Numbered from the stretch's first letter, positions 50,247 to 59,418 are shown. The stretch: DNA of 64,000 nt from an uncultured Solirubrobacterales bacterium (GCA_963793415.1 CAWCAC010000002.1:2233881-2297880), one strand, 5' to 3'. Made by a program: numbers and translations. The notes: generated from the sequence alone by a model not told the origin.

Positions 50247-51104
50247 TTACTGGGTGAGACGCCCGAACTTGTCGCGGATACGCCCGTAGAAGGTGCCGCC
50301 CTCGAGCTGGGCGAGGTGACTCAGCCCGTCGCGGAAGCGCACCGCCAGCTCGGCCCCCGGCTCGAGCAGGCCGGCCTGGACGCCGTCGATGGCGACATCG
50401 ACCGAGTCGATCGTGCCGACGTTGTGGACGTGGAGCACGTCGTCGGGGGCGACCACCAGCGGTCGCGAGGTGAGCGTGTGCGGGGCGATGAAGCTGACCA
50501 CGTAGCCCTCCACGCCCCAGGCGAGGATCGGGCCGCCGTTGGCGAGGTTGTAGCCGGTCGAGCCGACCGGGGTCGCGGCGACGAGCCCGTCACAGCGCAC
50601 GTGCCCGACCTCGCGGCCGCCGAGCCGGTAGGAGAGCTCGGCGACGCGATGATGCGGCCGCCGCGTGAAGGAGACGTCGTTGAGCCCGGCCCGGGGCCCG
50701 TCCGGAAGAGCGGCCTCCAGCGCCGGCAGCTCGATCACCTCGAAGTCGCCGGCGAAGGCCGCCTCGAGCCCGCGCTCGAGCGCCTGCGACTCGGCTGCCG
50801 CGAGGAAGCCGACGGTGCCGTAGTTGATCCCGAAAACCGGGACCCGTGTGCCGGCGTACAGCCGCAAGCCCTTGAGGATCGTGCCGTCGCCGCCGAGCGC
50901 CAGGCAGAGGTCCGGCTCGCCCTCGAGCTCGGCGAGCGGCAGCAGTCCCTCGGCGGCATCCGAGTGTTTTTCGAACTCCTCCGCGTCCGCGTAGAGAGCG
51001 CAGCCGGCCCGCTCGGCCGCGGCGCGGGCGGCGATCACGCCCGGGCGCGAACCGTCGGCATGGCCCTGGCTGAGCACGGCGGCGGTCTTGATCGAGCGGC
51101 TCAC
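50247..51104 (-). CDS. nadK: NAD kinase
   Basis: LALGGDGTILKG (GGDG motif), FGINYGTVGFL, and ATPVGSTGYNLANGGPI. Confidence 0.9.
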   Translation of the reverse strand: MSRSIKTAAVLSQGHADGSRPGVIAARAAAERAGCALYADAEEFEKHSDAAEGLLPLAELEGEPDLCLALGGDGTILKGLRLYAGTRVPVFGINYGTVGFLAAAESQALERGLEAAFAGDFEVIELPALEAALPDGPRAGLNDVSFTRRPHHRVAELSYRLGGREVGHVRCDGLVAATPVGSTGYNLANGGPILAWGVEGYVVSFIAPHTLTSRPLVVAPDDVLHVHNVGTIDSVDVAIDGVQAGLLEPGAELAVRFRDGLSHLAQLEGGTFYGRIRDKFGRLTQ

Positions 51105-51931
51105 GAGTGACTCGCCTCCCCGGCGGCCTGCGGCTGGGAGGCGACCGCGCCCTCGGCCTCGACGAGGGCCCGGGCCGCCAGGTCCGCGAGTGGCTCGCCG
51201 GCGCCGAGCAGCAGGAATATCTCGACGTTTCCCTTCGGGCCGGGCAGGCCGGCAGCGGCGACGCCGGTCGCCTCGAGGCCGAGCTCGGCCGCGGCTTCGG
51301 CCACGGTGACGACCGCCTCCGCACGCAAGGCCGGGTCACGGACGACGCCGCCCTTGCCGACGCGCTCGCGCCCGAGCTCGAACTGGGGCTTGACCATCGC
51401 CAGGATCGGCGCCCCGGACTCGGCGGCACCAGCGATCGGGCCGAGCAGCTTGCGGAGCGAGATGAAGCTGACGTCGATCGTCACCAGCTGCGGGGCGAAC
51501 GGCAAGTCGCCGGCGGCCAGATCGCGGGCGTTGAAGCCCTCGATCACCGTCACCCGCTCGTCGTTGCGCAGCTTCCAGTCGAGCTGGCCGTGGCCGACGT
51601 CGAGCGCGACCACCTCGGCCGCGCCGCGCTGCAGCAGGCAGTCGGTGAAGCCACCGGTCGAGGCGCCGGCGTCGAGGCAGCGCAGCCCCGCCGGGTCGAT
51701 CCCGAAGCGGTCGATCGCGGCCTCGAGCTTCTGGCCGCCGCGGGAGACGTAGGGCGGCGGGCCGTCGACGCTGATCCTGATCTCCTCGGGGACCATCTGG
51801 CCCGGTTTGGTCGGGCGCTCGCCGCCCTTGCCGATGCGGACGTGACCGGCCCTGATCGAGCTCGCGGCAGCGGTGCGCGACGGGGCGAGGCCCCGCTCCG
51901 CCACGAGGGTGTCGAGTCGGCGCTGGGCCAT
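51101..51931 (-). CDS. tlyA: TlyA family rRNA (cytidine-2'-O)-methyltransferase
   Basis: S4-like N-terminus (RLDTLVAERGLAPSRTAAASSIRAGHVRI), YVSRGGQKLEAA, SAM motif LDAGASTGGFTDCLLQRGA, DVSFISL, KPQFE. Confidence 0.9.
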   Translation of the reverse strand: MAQRRLDTLVAERGLAPSRTAAASSIRAGHVRIGKGGERPTKPGQMVPEEIRISVDGPPPYVSRGGQKLEAAIDRFGIDPAGLRCLDAGASTGGFTDCLLQRGAAEVVALDVGHGQLDWKLRNDERVTVIEGFNARDLAAGDLPFAPQLVTIDVSFISLRKLLGPIAGAAESGAPILAMVKPQFELGRERVGKGGVVRDPALRAEAVVTVAEAAAELGLEATGVAAAGLPGPKGNVEIFLLLGAGEPLADLAARALVEAEGAVASQPQAAGEASHS

Positions 51932-52106
51932 GCCGTCAAAAGTACCGGCAACGTCTCGCCGCGAGCGCGTTCCTCAGTGATTTGGGATGACTGTGACCAC
52001 ACTCACAGACAAATCGTACGTTCGTTCGTATCTTTCACCTCAGTCTTAGCGACCGAGCTTCAACGCAGGTCGCCCTCCCAAACCACATACTCTCCTCCCT
52101 GTACCC

Positions 52107-52136
52107 CAGAAACGCCCCGCTTGCGGGGCGTTTCTG
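52107..52136. terminator. strong stem-loop immediately downstream of the pilin-like cassette
   Basis: CAGAAACGCCCCG-cttg-CGGGGCGTTTCTG: about 13-bp perfect stem, followed by TTTG on the plus strand. It starts 26 nt after the stop of 52162..52809 (minus strand). Could act in both directions. Confidence 0.7.
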
Positions 52137-52161
52137 TTTGTCTGGGTGGAGTCAGGCGACC

Positions 52162-52809
52162 CTAGGCGGGCGGGCAGGCCGCGTTTACGTCCGCAGAGCA
52201 CTCGACCCAGGCGTACCGCCGCCAGAGCGACAGTGGCGCGCTGACGGCGTCGCCGAGCTCATTGAGCCGCACCCGCAGCCCGAGGCGAGCGTAGATCCGG
52301 CGGGTGACGTCGTCGATCGTGGCGCTGCAGATAACTGGGCGAACCAACAGGCGCTCGGTCGCGTGGAGCAGCTCAGGCGGCTGCTCGAGGATCCCCGGCA
52401 GATCGAGGTCGACGGCAACCGTCGTCGCGCAGCTCGCAGAGACGCCATTACCCAGACCGAGGATGTCCAGCTCACAGGTCTCCCCCTCCCCGAGGGCGAT
52501 GAGATCGCCGGCGGCGTCCTCGGCCACGCAGCCGAGCGTCTGCAGCGTGCCCTCGCTGAACGAGGCCAAAGTCCCCGCTTCATTGGCGACCAGCAGCCTG
52601 TTCATCCGCCAGGTGGTGATGTCGAGAGCCGACTCTGCGGCCGTGAAGGCATCCGCCGAAGAGCGGTCGCGGTCGCTGCCCTGGATCGCCGAGATCGCCA
52701 CGCGCGCCCCGATCGCCGTCACGATCAGAATGATCGCGAGTACGGCGACGGTCGAAGCGAGCGCGAACCCGCTCTCGTCGCAGCAACGGTGGCTCCCGGG
52801 CGTCATCAC
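52162..52809 (-). CDS. pilin-like protein lacking Glu5 (PilX/GspK-like N-terminus)
   Basis: N-terminus ...CCDESG/FALASTVAVLAIILIVTAIG, a class-III-like hydrophobic helix with Ser at +5. The start GTGATGA overlaps the upstream stop. Confidence 0.55.
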   Translation of the reverse strand: MMTPGSHRCCDESGFALASTVAVLAIILIVTAIGARVAISAIQGSDRDRSSADAFTAAESALDITTWRMNRLLVANEAGTLASFSEGTLQTLGCVAEDAAGDLIALGEGETCELDILGLGNGVSASCATTVAVDLDLPGILEQPPELLHATERLLVRPVICSATIDDVTRRIYARLGLRVRLNELGDAVSAPLSLWRRYAWVECSADVNAACPPA

Positions 52810-54032
52810 GGAACCCCCGCGACTCCGAGCAGCCCGTCACGCGGATCGGTGATCACTGAACTGAGCCAGACCGGGTTCTTCGGCGTGATGTCCTCGCGCG
52901 CGATGCTGTCGATCGTCACCGCAACCGAGACGCGCTTGGTGTTGCGATTGGAGAAGGCGTCGCCGTCGAGTAGGTCGGTATCGATCGCGGGCAACTCGTC
53001 GAGGGTCGCGGTCAGCGCCTCGAGGGCGTCGGTCGGTGTCGTCGGGCCGGTCCCGTCGAGCGCAGTCAACAACGGGTTGATCAGGTAGTTGACGATCTGA
53101 TTGATGACCGCCGTAGTGCAGAGAAGTCCCGTAGGGCCATTGCAGAGACTGATCAGCGCGCTGCCGATCAGGTCGTCGAGCTCGCCATCGATCGCGGCAA
53201 GATCATCAGCGATCTCCGAGACGTCGCTGAGGTCGAGAGCCAACAGCGTGCCGAGGTCTTCGAAAACCGCGTCGTCGATGTCACAGAGGTCGACCACGCC
53301 CGTCGCAAGTAAGGCGTTGAGCTCGTCGATCCGCGCCTCGATGCTCTGCGACGCGCCCACCAGCGCCGCTTGCAGATCGTCGAGCTCCGATTTCAGAGCG
53401 CCGGCCGAGGGGACCCGGGAGATCACACGAGTCGTCAAGCTGTCAGTCGCGTCCGCGACCCTCTCCTGGGTCGCCCCAAGCTGCGACGACAGAGCCTCGA
53501 GTTCGTCGACCGCCCCGTCGAGCTGCGGATTGCCGAGCAGGCTCAGCCCGCCACAGTCCTCGTTCCGCCAGCTCACGAAGGTGTAGATCGTCCCCGAGAC
53601 CGTGCGCCCCTCCCCGTGGTCGACGGTGAAGGTACGGACGGGTTCGATCGCCGCGGCGGGGGCGCCGGTCGCCGGTGTCACGATCTCCTCGGGCTCATCG
53701 GTGTCCGGCCCGCTGAACTGACCTCCGGCGATCACGTCCGCGTCGGCCGGCTGCTGAGTCGGCAGCACGGCATCACCGACCTCGGCGTAGTCGAGTGAGC
53801 GGGCCTCCTCCAGCGCACGCTGGGCCTGCTCGGTTGCGATCTGCTGCAGCTCGGCGTCCAGTGTCGTCGACTCCGAGCTCGCCGCCAGCTTGGCGGTACC
53901 GAGAATGCCGATGAGCAAGACGAGGCCGGCCACCAGTACCTCGACCAGCGTGAAGCCCCGCTCATCGCGCGGCCCCAGCCGGCGGGCGAAGCGGCGGTCG
54001 TCAGACACGGCAATCCTCCGCCGCGGCTGCAT
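52806..54032 (-). CDS. prepilin-type N-terminal cleavage/methylation domain protein (PilV-like N-terminus) with a large acidic Leu/Asp-rich body
   Basis: ...GPRDERG/FTLVEVLVAGLVLLIGILG (G/FTLxE). The remaining ~380 aa are rich in D, L, A and E (LDGAVDELEALSSQLG..., DLSDVSEIADDLAAIDGELDDLIG). Alternative GTG start at 54008 overlaps the upstream stop. Confidence 0.7.
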   Translation of the reverse strand: MQPRRRIAVSDDRRFARRLGPRDERGFTLVEVLVAGLVLLIGILGTAKLAASSESTTLDAELQQIATEQAQRALEEARSLDYAEVGDAVLPTQQPADADVIAGGQFSGPDTDEPEEIVTPATGAPAAAIEPVRTFTVDHGEGRTVSGTIYTFVSWRNEDCGGLSLLGNPQLDGAVDELEALSSQLGATQERVADATDSLTTRVISRVPSAGALKSELDDLQAALVGASQSIEARIDELNALLATGVVDLCDIDDAVFEDLGTLLALDLSDVSEIADDLAAIDGELDDLIGSALISLCNGPTGLLCTTAVINQIVNYLINPLLTALDGTGPTTPTDALEALTATLDELPAIDTDLLDGDAFSNRNTKRVSVAVTIDSIAREDITPKNPVWLSSVITDPRDGLLGVAGVP

Positions 54033-54603
54033 TCTGAGCGCAGTTGCGAAGCGCAGCTCCTTGAGAGAGAACGATCGGCCGCGTCCGACCCTCGGGTAAT
54101 GACTCGAGCTGGACGTACACGTAGTCCCCGTCGGCGCCGACTGTGAAGACCGCGTTCGCGGCCGGCTCCAGGTCATCGATGAGTAGCTCATCCGCGATGC
54201 CCGCGGTCCGTCGTACGCAGGTGTCACCGGAGGAGCAGTCGATCGTCACCGCGCTGGTGGACCCCGCCGCGTCGAGGACCGTCAGCTCGATCGCGTCTGC
54301 CGCCTCCCCCGCGCTCGGTGAGTCCACGCTCTGGGCCTCCCGCAGCTCACGGATGATGCGATCGAGCGCGATGCGCTGATCGGAGAGCGCGTTGCGCCGA
54401 GCCTGGGTGTCCTCCGTTCGTCCGAGCGTCGTCGAATAGAAGAAGAAGGCCGCGGTGAAGACGATGCCGAGCATCGCCATCACGGTCAGCAACTCGATCA
54501 CCGTCACGCCCGCCTGATCTCCGATTCGCCCGAAAAGTCGGCTGCACGGAGAGCGGAAACGAACGTGCGGACCGTCGACACGGCTCGGACTCCGCGGTTC
54601 CAT
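54001..54603 (-). CDS. prepilin-type N-terminal cleavage/methylation domain protein (pseudopilin/PilW-like)
   Basis: ...GRIGDQAG/VTVIELLTVMAMLGIVFTAAFFF with Glu at +5. 200 aa, with an unusually long leader of about 30 aa if the ATG at 54603 is used. Confidence 0.7.
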   Translation of the reverse strand: MEPRSPSRVDGPHVRFRSPCSRLFGRIGDQAGVTVIELLTVMAMLGIVFTAAFFFYSTTLGRTEDTQARRNALSDQRIALDRIIRELREAQSVDSPSAGEAADAIELTVLDAAGSTSAVTIDCSSGDTCVRRTAGIADELLIDDLEPAANAVFTVGADGDYVYVQLESLPEGRTRPIVLSQGAALRNCAQNAAAAEDCRV

Positions 54604-54688
54604 CCCACTCCGCTATCGGCACACCGTGCCGGCGCCCTGAGCTGTCTAAGACATGCGGCTACCGCCGCCTCAACGGATGTCGGTCGGC

Positions 54689-56776
54689 TCAGCGGGAGAC
54701 GGGCTCGCGCGCGGAGATCGCGGCGAGGACGCGCCCGGCCACGGCCGGACCCGTAAGGCCGACCTCCTCGCGCAGCAGCGAGGGCTTGCCGTGGGTCACG
54801 TAGCGATCGGGCAGCCCGACGCGGAGAATCCGCGCCCGCTCACTCGGCAGGTTGTCCTCGGCGTACTCGAGGACGGCGGCGCCGAAGCCGCCGGCGAGGA
54901 CGTTCTCCTCGATCGTGACGACGAGGTCGTGCTCGGCGCAAAGGCGCGCGATCAGCTCGCCGTCGACCGGCTTCGCGAAGCGGCCGTCGGCGACCGTCGG
55001 GTGCAGGTCGTGGGAAGCGAGCTCGGCAGCCGCATCGTTGGCGACCTGCACCCCCCAGCCGTAGCCGAGCAGCGCGACGCGCTCACCCTGTTCGAGGATC
55101 TCGCCGGTTCCGATCGGGATCGCGGTCGGTTTGTCGGGCAGCGGCACTCCCTCGGCCGAGCCGCGCGGGTAGCGGAAGGCGATCGGACCCTCGTGCTCGA
55201 TCGCCGTCCGCAGCATGTGGACGAGCATCGCCTCGTCGCGGGGCGCCATCACGACCACGTTCGGGATCGGGCGGAAGTAGGAGACGTCGATGAAGCCGTG
55301 GTGGGTCGGGCCGTCGTCGCCGACGAGGCCGGCGCGGTCCATCGCGAAGGTGACGTCGAGCTCCTGCAGGCAGACGTCGTGGACGATCTGATCGAAGGCG
55401 CGCTGCAGGAAGGTCGAGTAGATCGCGCAGACCGGCTTCGCGCCCTGCAGGGCGAGGCCGGAGGCGAAGAGAACGGCGTCCTGCTCGGCGATGCCGACGT
55501 CGTAGTACTGCTCCGGCACCGCCTCGGCGAGCTTGTCGAGGCCGGTCCCCCCCGCCATCGCCGCGGTGATGCCGATCACGCGCTTGTCGGCCCTCGCCTC
55601 GGCGACGAGGGCGTCGGCAAAGACGGATGTGTAGGCGGGCGGCGAGGGCTTCGGCGGCGGCTCCTCGAGCTTCTCGGGCGCGATCGAGGCGGGCGAGTCC
55701 GACTCCTGGACGGGGACCGGGCGCTGCTTGTCGCTCGGCGCCGGCGGGTCGGTCTCGAGCTTCGGCATCGGCGCCTTCGACTCAGGCTTCGGCGCCGGCT
55801 TGCGGTCGACGATCGAGCCCGGCTTGGCGGCGTGCCACTTCTCCATGCCCTCGAGGCCGCCGTCCTCGGCCGGCGCGAAGCCCTTGCCCTTGACGGTGTG
55901 GATGTGCAGCACGACCGGCCGTTCGGCGGCGAGCGCGTCGACGAGCGCCCGGCGCAGAGCGCCGACGTCGTGGCCGTCGATCACGCCCATGTAGGCGAGG
56001 TCGAGCTCCTCGAAGAGCAGGCCCGGGGCCCAGTAGGCCTTGATCGCCGACTTGATCTCCGGCCCGAGCCGCTCGACCCTGCGGCCGAGCCCGAGCGGCA
56101 GCTTCGTCAGCCGGTCCTCGACGCCCTCGCGGGCAGTATGCAGGCGCGGGTTGAGGCGGTAGTGGTTGAAGTAGCGGGAGAGCGCGCCTACGTTCGGGGA
56201 GATCGACATGCCGTTGTCGTTGAGCACGATCACCATCGGCGTCTGCAGCCCGCCCGCCTGGTGCAGGGCCTCGAAGGCGACGCCTCCGGTAAGGGCGCCG
56301 TCGCCGATCACCGAGACGACCTTGCCGTCCTCCCCGATCCCGCTCCGCATCGCCTCCTTGAGGCCGACGCCGTAGCCGATCGAGGTCGAGGCGTGGCCGG
56401 CGCCCATGATGTCGTGCTCGCTCTCGAACATCGCGCAGAACGGGGCCAGGCCGCCGTACTGGCGAATCGTCTCGAGCCGGTCCTTGCGTCCGGTGAGAAT
56501 CTTGTGTGGGTAGGCCTGGTGGCCGACGTCCCAGAGGATCTTGTCGCGCGGGGACTCGAGCAGGCTGTGCAGGGCGACGGCGAGCTCGCAGGTACCGAGG
56601 TTGGCGCCGAAATGGCCGCCGATCTCGCCGATCACGTCGATGATCAGCTCACGGGTCTCCTGCGCCACCTGCTGCAGCTGGGCGTCGTCGAGTCCCTTCA
56701 GGTCCTCGGGGCCGTCGATCTCGTCGAGCAGGCGTGGTTGTTCCGGCATCTCGGGGGCGTCGGGCATCGGCCGCAC
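54689..56776 (-). CDS. dxs: 1-deoxy-D-xylulose-5-phosphate synthase
   Basis: GGHFGANLGTCELAVALH, DVGHQAYPHKILTGR, GDGALTGG (TPP motif), DRAGLVGDDGPTHHG. 695 aa including a Pro/Lys/Glu-rich insert. Confidence 0.95.
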   Translation of the reverse strand: MRPMPDAPEMPEQPRLLDEIDGPEDLKGLDDAQLQQVAQETRELIIDVIGEIGGHFGANLGTCELAVALHSLLESPRDKILWDVGHQAYPHKILTGRKDRLETIRQYGGLAPFCAMFESEHDIMGAGHASTSIGYGVGLKEAMRSGIGEDGKVVSVIGDGALTGGVAFEALHQAGGLQTPMVIVLNDNGMSISPNVGALSRYFNHYRLNPRLHTAREGVEDRLTKLPLGLGRRVERLGPEIKSAIKAYWAPGLLFEELDLAYMGVIDGHDVGALRRALVDALAAERPVVLHIHTVKGKGFAPAEDGGLEGMEKWHAAKPGSIVDRKPAPKPESKAPMPKLETDPPAPSDKQRPVPVQESDSPASIAPEKLEEPPPKPSPPAYTSVFADALVAEARADKRVIGITAAMAGGTGLDKLAEAVPEQYYDVGIAEQDAVLFASGLALQGAKPVCAIYSTFLQRAFDQIVHDVCLQELDVTFAMDRAGLVGDDGPTHHGFIDVSYFRPIPNVVVMAPRDEAMLVHMLRTAIEHEGPIAFRYPRGSAEGVPLPDKPTAIPIGTGEILEQGERVALLGYGWGVQVANDAAAELASHDLHPTVADGRFAKPVDGELIARLCAEHDLVVTIEENVLAGGFGAAVLEYAEDNLPSERARILRVGLPDRYVTHGKPSLLREEVGLTGPAVAGRVLAAISAREPVSR

Positions 56777-56811
56777 ATTGTCTCAGGCCGGGCCTCTCGC
56801 GTGGCGCCGGG

Positions 56812-57681
56812 TCAGGTGTCGCGCGTGAAGATGAAGTCCGCGATCCGCTCGAGGTCGCCGACGTCGCCGCCCGCGTCGGCGAGCGCCGCGCGGGCTCCGG
56901 CGTGCGACTCCTCGGCGAGCGACCGCGCCCGCTCGAGCCCGAACAGGCTCACGTAGGTGACCTTGCCGTGGCGCTCGTCGGAGCCGCTCGGCTTGCCGAG
57001 CTCCTCGTCGCTGCCGGTCACGTCGAGGATGTCGTCGACGATCTGGAAGAGGACGCCGAGCTCGGCGGCGAAGCGGCGGAAGGGGTCGGCGCGCTCCGCC
57101 GCGACGCCAGACAGCACCAGGGCCGAGCCGATCGAGGCGGCGATCAGGCGCCCCGTCTTCAGCGAGTGGAGCTCGCGCAGGGAGGCGGCGTCGGTGCCGC
57201 CGCCGGTGACGTCGACGTACTGGCCGCCGACCATGCCGTCGACGCCGGTCGCGGCGGAGATCTCCCGGATCGCGAGCAGCACCCGGTCCGGCTCGCCCTG
57301 CTGGCGCTCAGCGATCAGCCGGATTGCCTCGGCGAACATCGCGTCGCCGGCGAGGATCGCGACGTCCTCGCCGTGCACGACATGGGAGGTCGGGCGGCCG
57401 CGACGGAGCTCGTCGTCGTCCATCGCCGGCAGGTCGTCGTGGATCAGCGAGTAGGTGTGGATCAGCTCGATCGCCACTGCGGTCGGCAGCAGTGCGGCGG
57501 GCTCGAGGGCGAGGGCGCGGCCGGTCGCGAGGCAGAGCACGGGCCGGATCCGCTTGCCGCCGGCGAGCAGCGAGTAGCGCATCGCCTCGCGCAGCCCGGC
57601 GGTCGAGGGGCCCTGGTCGAACTCGAGGACGCCGAGATAGTCATCGACGAGGCGCCGGAGGTCTTCGGGGTAGGAGGTCAC
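56812..57681 (-). CDS. ispA: polyprenyl synthetase (farnesyl/geranylgeranyl diphosphate synthase)
   Basis: GGKRIRP, first DDxxD motif LIHDDLPAMDDDELRRG, second motif FQIVDDILD. A GTG start at 57681 gives 289 aa. Confidence 0.88.
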   Translation of the reverse strand: MTSYPEDLRRLVDDYLGVLEFDQGPSTAGLREAMRYSLLAGGKRIRPVLCLATGRALALEPAALLPTAVAIELIHTYSLIHDDLPAMDDDELRRGRPTSHVVHGEDVAILAGDAMFAEAIRLIAERQQGEPDRVLLAIREISAATGVDGMVGGQYVDVTGGGTDAASLRELHSLKTGRLIAASIGSALVLSGVAAERADPFRRFAAELGVLFQIVDDILDVTGSDEELGKPSGSDERHGKVTYVSLFGLERARSLAEESHAGARAALADAGGDVGDLERIADFIFTRDT

Positions 57682-57704
57682 GGAAGCCGCTCGGGTGTGG
57701 TCGG

Positions 57705-57902
57705 TCAGGCCGAGTCGCCGCTCTCGGCCTGACGCGCGGCCTCGGAAGCCACGGTCCCGACCTCGGCGGCGATCTCGGCCGCCTCGCGGGCGAGCCCGAC
57801 GGCGGTGGCGTCGTCGGTCTCGGGAGCGGCAAGGTTGCGGGAGATCTCCTCGAGCCGCGCGGCGGCGGCCTCGAGCCGCTCCTTGTGGCCGGCGGCGCTC
57901 AT
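57705..57902 (-). CDS. xseB: exodeoxyribonuclease VII small subunit (probable)
   Basis: 65-aa helical protein (ERLEAAAARLEEISRNLAAPETDDATAVGLAREAAEIAAEV) sitting upstream of ispA-dxs as in E. coli and Bacillus. Sequence similarity is only pattern-level. Confidence 0.55.
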   Translation of the reverse strand: MSAAGHKERLEAAAARLEEISRNLAAPETDDATAVGLAREAAEIAAEVGTVASEAARQAESGDSA

Positions 57903-58300
57903 GCCGCGGCTCCGGCGCCCGCGTCGTTCGGCTCGCGCGGTCCGCTGGCGGCGGAGAGGATTCCGTTGATGAAGCCCGGCGCATCGGCGCCGCAGTACTT
58001 GCCCGCGATCGAGACCGCCTCGTCGATCGCGACCGGTGTAGGCACGTCGTCGCGGTAGTTGATCTCGTAGAGGGCGACGCGCATGATCGCCTTGTCCAGC
58101 GGGGCGATCCGCTCCAGCTTCCAGCCCCGCGCGTGTGTCGAGATCAGCTCGTCGAGCTCGGTCAGGTGCTCGAAGGTGCCCTCGGCAAGCGCCCGCGTGA
58201 ACGGCTTCGAGTCGGCGAGCAGTTCCTCGAGCGGCCGCGCCGTGACCTCCTGCTGGTAGATCACGAAGGCGGCCTCGCGGCGTTGGTCGGAGCGACGCAT
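57899..58300 (-). CDS. nusB: transcription antitermination factor NusB
   Basis: RREAAFVIYQQEV..., W.LERIAPLDKAIMRVALYEI, and AIDEAVSIAGKYCGADAPGFINGILS. Confidence 0.9.
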   Translation of the reverse strand: MRRSDQRREAAFVIYQQEVTARPLEELLADSKPFTRALAEGTFEHLTELDELISTHARGWKLERIAPLDKAIMRVALYEINYRDDVPTPVAIDEAVSIAGKYCGADAPGFINGILSAASGPREPNDAGAGAAA

Positions 58301-58310
58301 GCCCCGGAGG

Positions 58311-59267
58311 TTACGCGGCCGGAACGATGCGTCCCGCGAGCGCGGCGCGCAATGCCCGTTCGACCAGCTCCGGCGCGCGCTCGAAACGCCGCCGAGTGAT
58401 CCGCATCACCCGGTACCCGGCAGCGAGCAGATCGGCATCCCGCTCGCGATCCTCCTCGAATCCGGTCTCGCTGTCGTGCGCAGCGGCCCCGTCGAGCTCG
58501 ACGATCAACCGCTGGCGCGGCCAGAGGCAGTCGGGACGGACCCGGCGCCCCGCCACCTCCAGCGTCTGATTGACCAGCGGCATCTCGAACCGGCGGGCGA
58601 GCAGCCACGGAAGGAACGTGTCCTCGAGCCACGACTCCGTCGCGAAGAGATAGAGCTTGTCTCCGAGGACCTCGCGCGCGACGGCGATGCCGCGAGTGCG
58701 CGGGTAGCGGGCGAGAAGGGCAGCGAGTGGGACTGGACTGCCGAGCCGGCGGAACTCGGCCTGACGGAGGGCAGACTCGCAGGCCTGACGACCCTCGGTG
58801 GCGGCAAGGTCGAGGAGCGTCCGGGCGACGGTGGTGACGCGGACGCCATCGACGGTCTCGAGCTCGTCGGCGGGGAGGGCTCGGCGGTGGGCGATGAGGC
58901 GGGGGTGGCGAAGGCGGTTGGGAGCGGTGACGTGCACGAGCGACGAACGCAGCCCTGTGATCTCCCACCACTCGGCGGCCGATGAGTGCGAGAGCGCGAC
59001 GTCTCCGCCGACCAGCGACGCAGCGCGCAACCGGGTCTTGCGGGGGAGGGAAAGGTGGCCGACGGCATAAACGCCCCGATGAACCTCGTGCAGGCGGCCG
59101 ATCCAGAGTGCGTACTGGATCTGGTTCCTGGACATACCGTGGACGCGGAGCTGATCAAGTGCGACCAACCCGTCCTGCCGAGCCGCGAGGCGCACGATTT
59201 CGCCAAGAACCGCGCGAGAGGACGATTTGCCTGAACTATTCCTGCTTTTCGTCCTCTCGTCGGCCAC
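58311..59267 (-). CDS. DUF559 (Vsr-like endonuclease fold) domain protein with N-terminal wHTH-like region
   Basis: N-terminal GLVALDQLRVHGMSRNQIQYALWIGRLHEVHRGVYAV. C-terminal DCLWPRQRLIVELDGAAAHDSETGFEEDRERDADLLAAGYRVMRIT is the DUF559 pattern. The start is uncertain (GTG 59267 or ATG 59345). Confidence 0.75.
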   Translation of the reverse strand: MADERTKSRNSSGKSSSRAVLGEIVRLAARQDGLVALDQLRVHGMSRNQIQYALWIGRLHEVHRGVYAVGHLSLPRKTRLRAASLVGGDVALSHSSAAEWWEITGLRSSLVHVTAPNRLRHPRLIAHRRALPADELETVDGVRVTTVARTLLDLAATEGRQACESALRQAEFRRLGSPVPLAALLARYPRTRGIAVAREVLGDKLYLFATESWLEDTFLPWLLARRFEMPLVNQTLEVAGRRVRPDCLWPRQRLIVELDGAAAHDSETGFEEDRERDADLLAAGYRVMRITRRRFERAPELVERALRAALAGRIVPAA

Positions 59268-59418
59268 ACCCCCATCCTGGTGCCTAAATCCGCACTGATG
59301 GCGCCGATGGTGTGACGAAACGGTGCGCAGACCGTCACGAAACACATTCCCTCACTGCTGACGGACCCGGACCGCACCTTCAGCACCGTTCGAGCGGACG
59401 GCCCAGCGCCGCCCGCGC

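Noticed and set aside
52016-52045. LexA/SOS box upstream of the tlyA-nadK-recN operon, and another at 45347-45362
   Set aside because: The actinobacterial/Gram-positive SOS box needs a GAAC-N4-GTTC palindrome. TACGTTCGTTCGTA contains only direct GTTCG repeats. TCGAACgtccGTGAGA matches just 4 of 6 positions in the second half-site. No box is visible directly upstream of recN (50171-50246) either.
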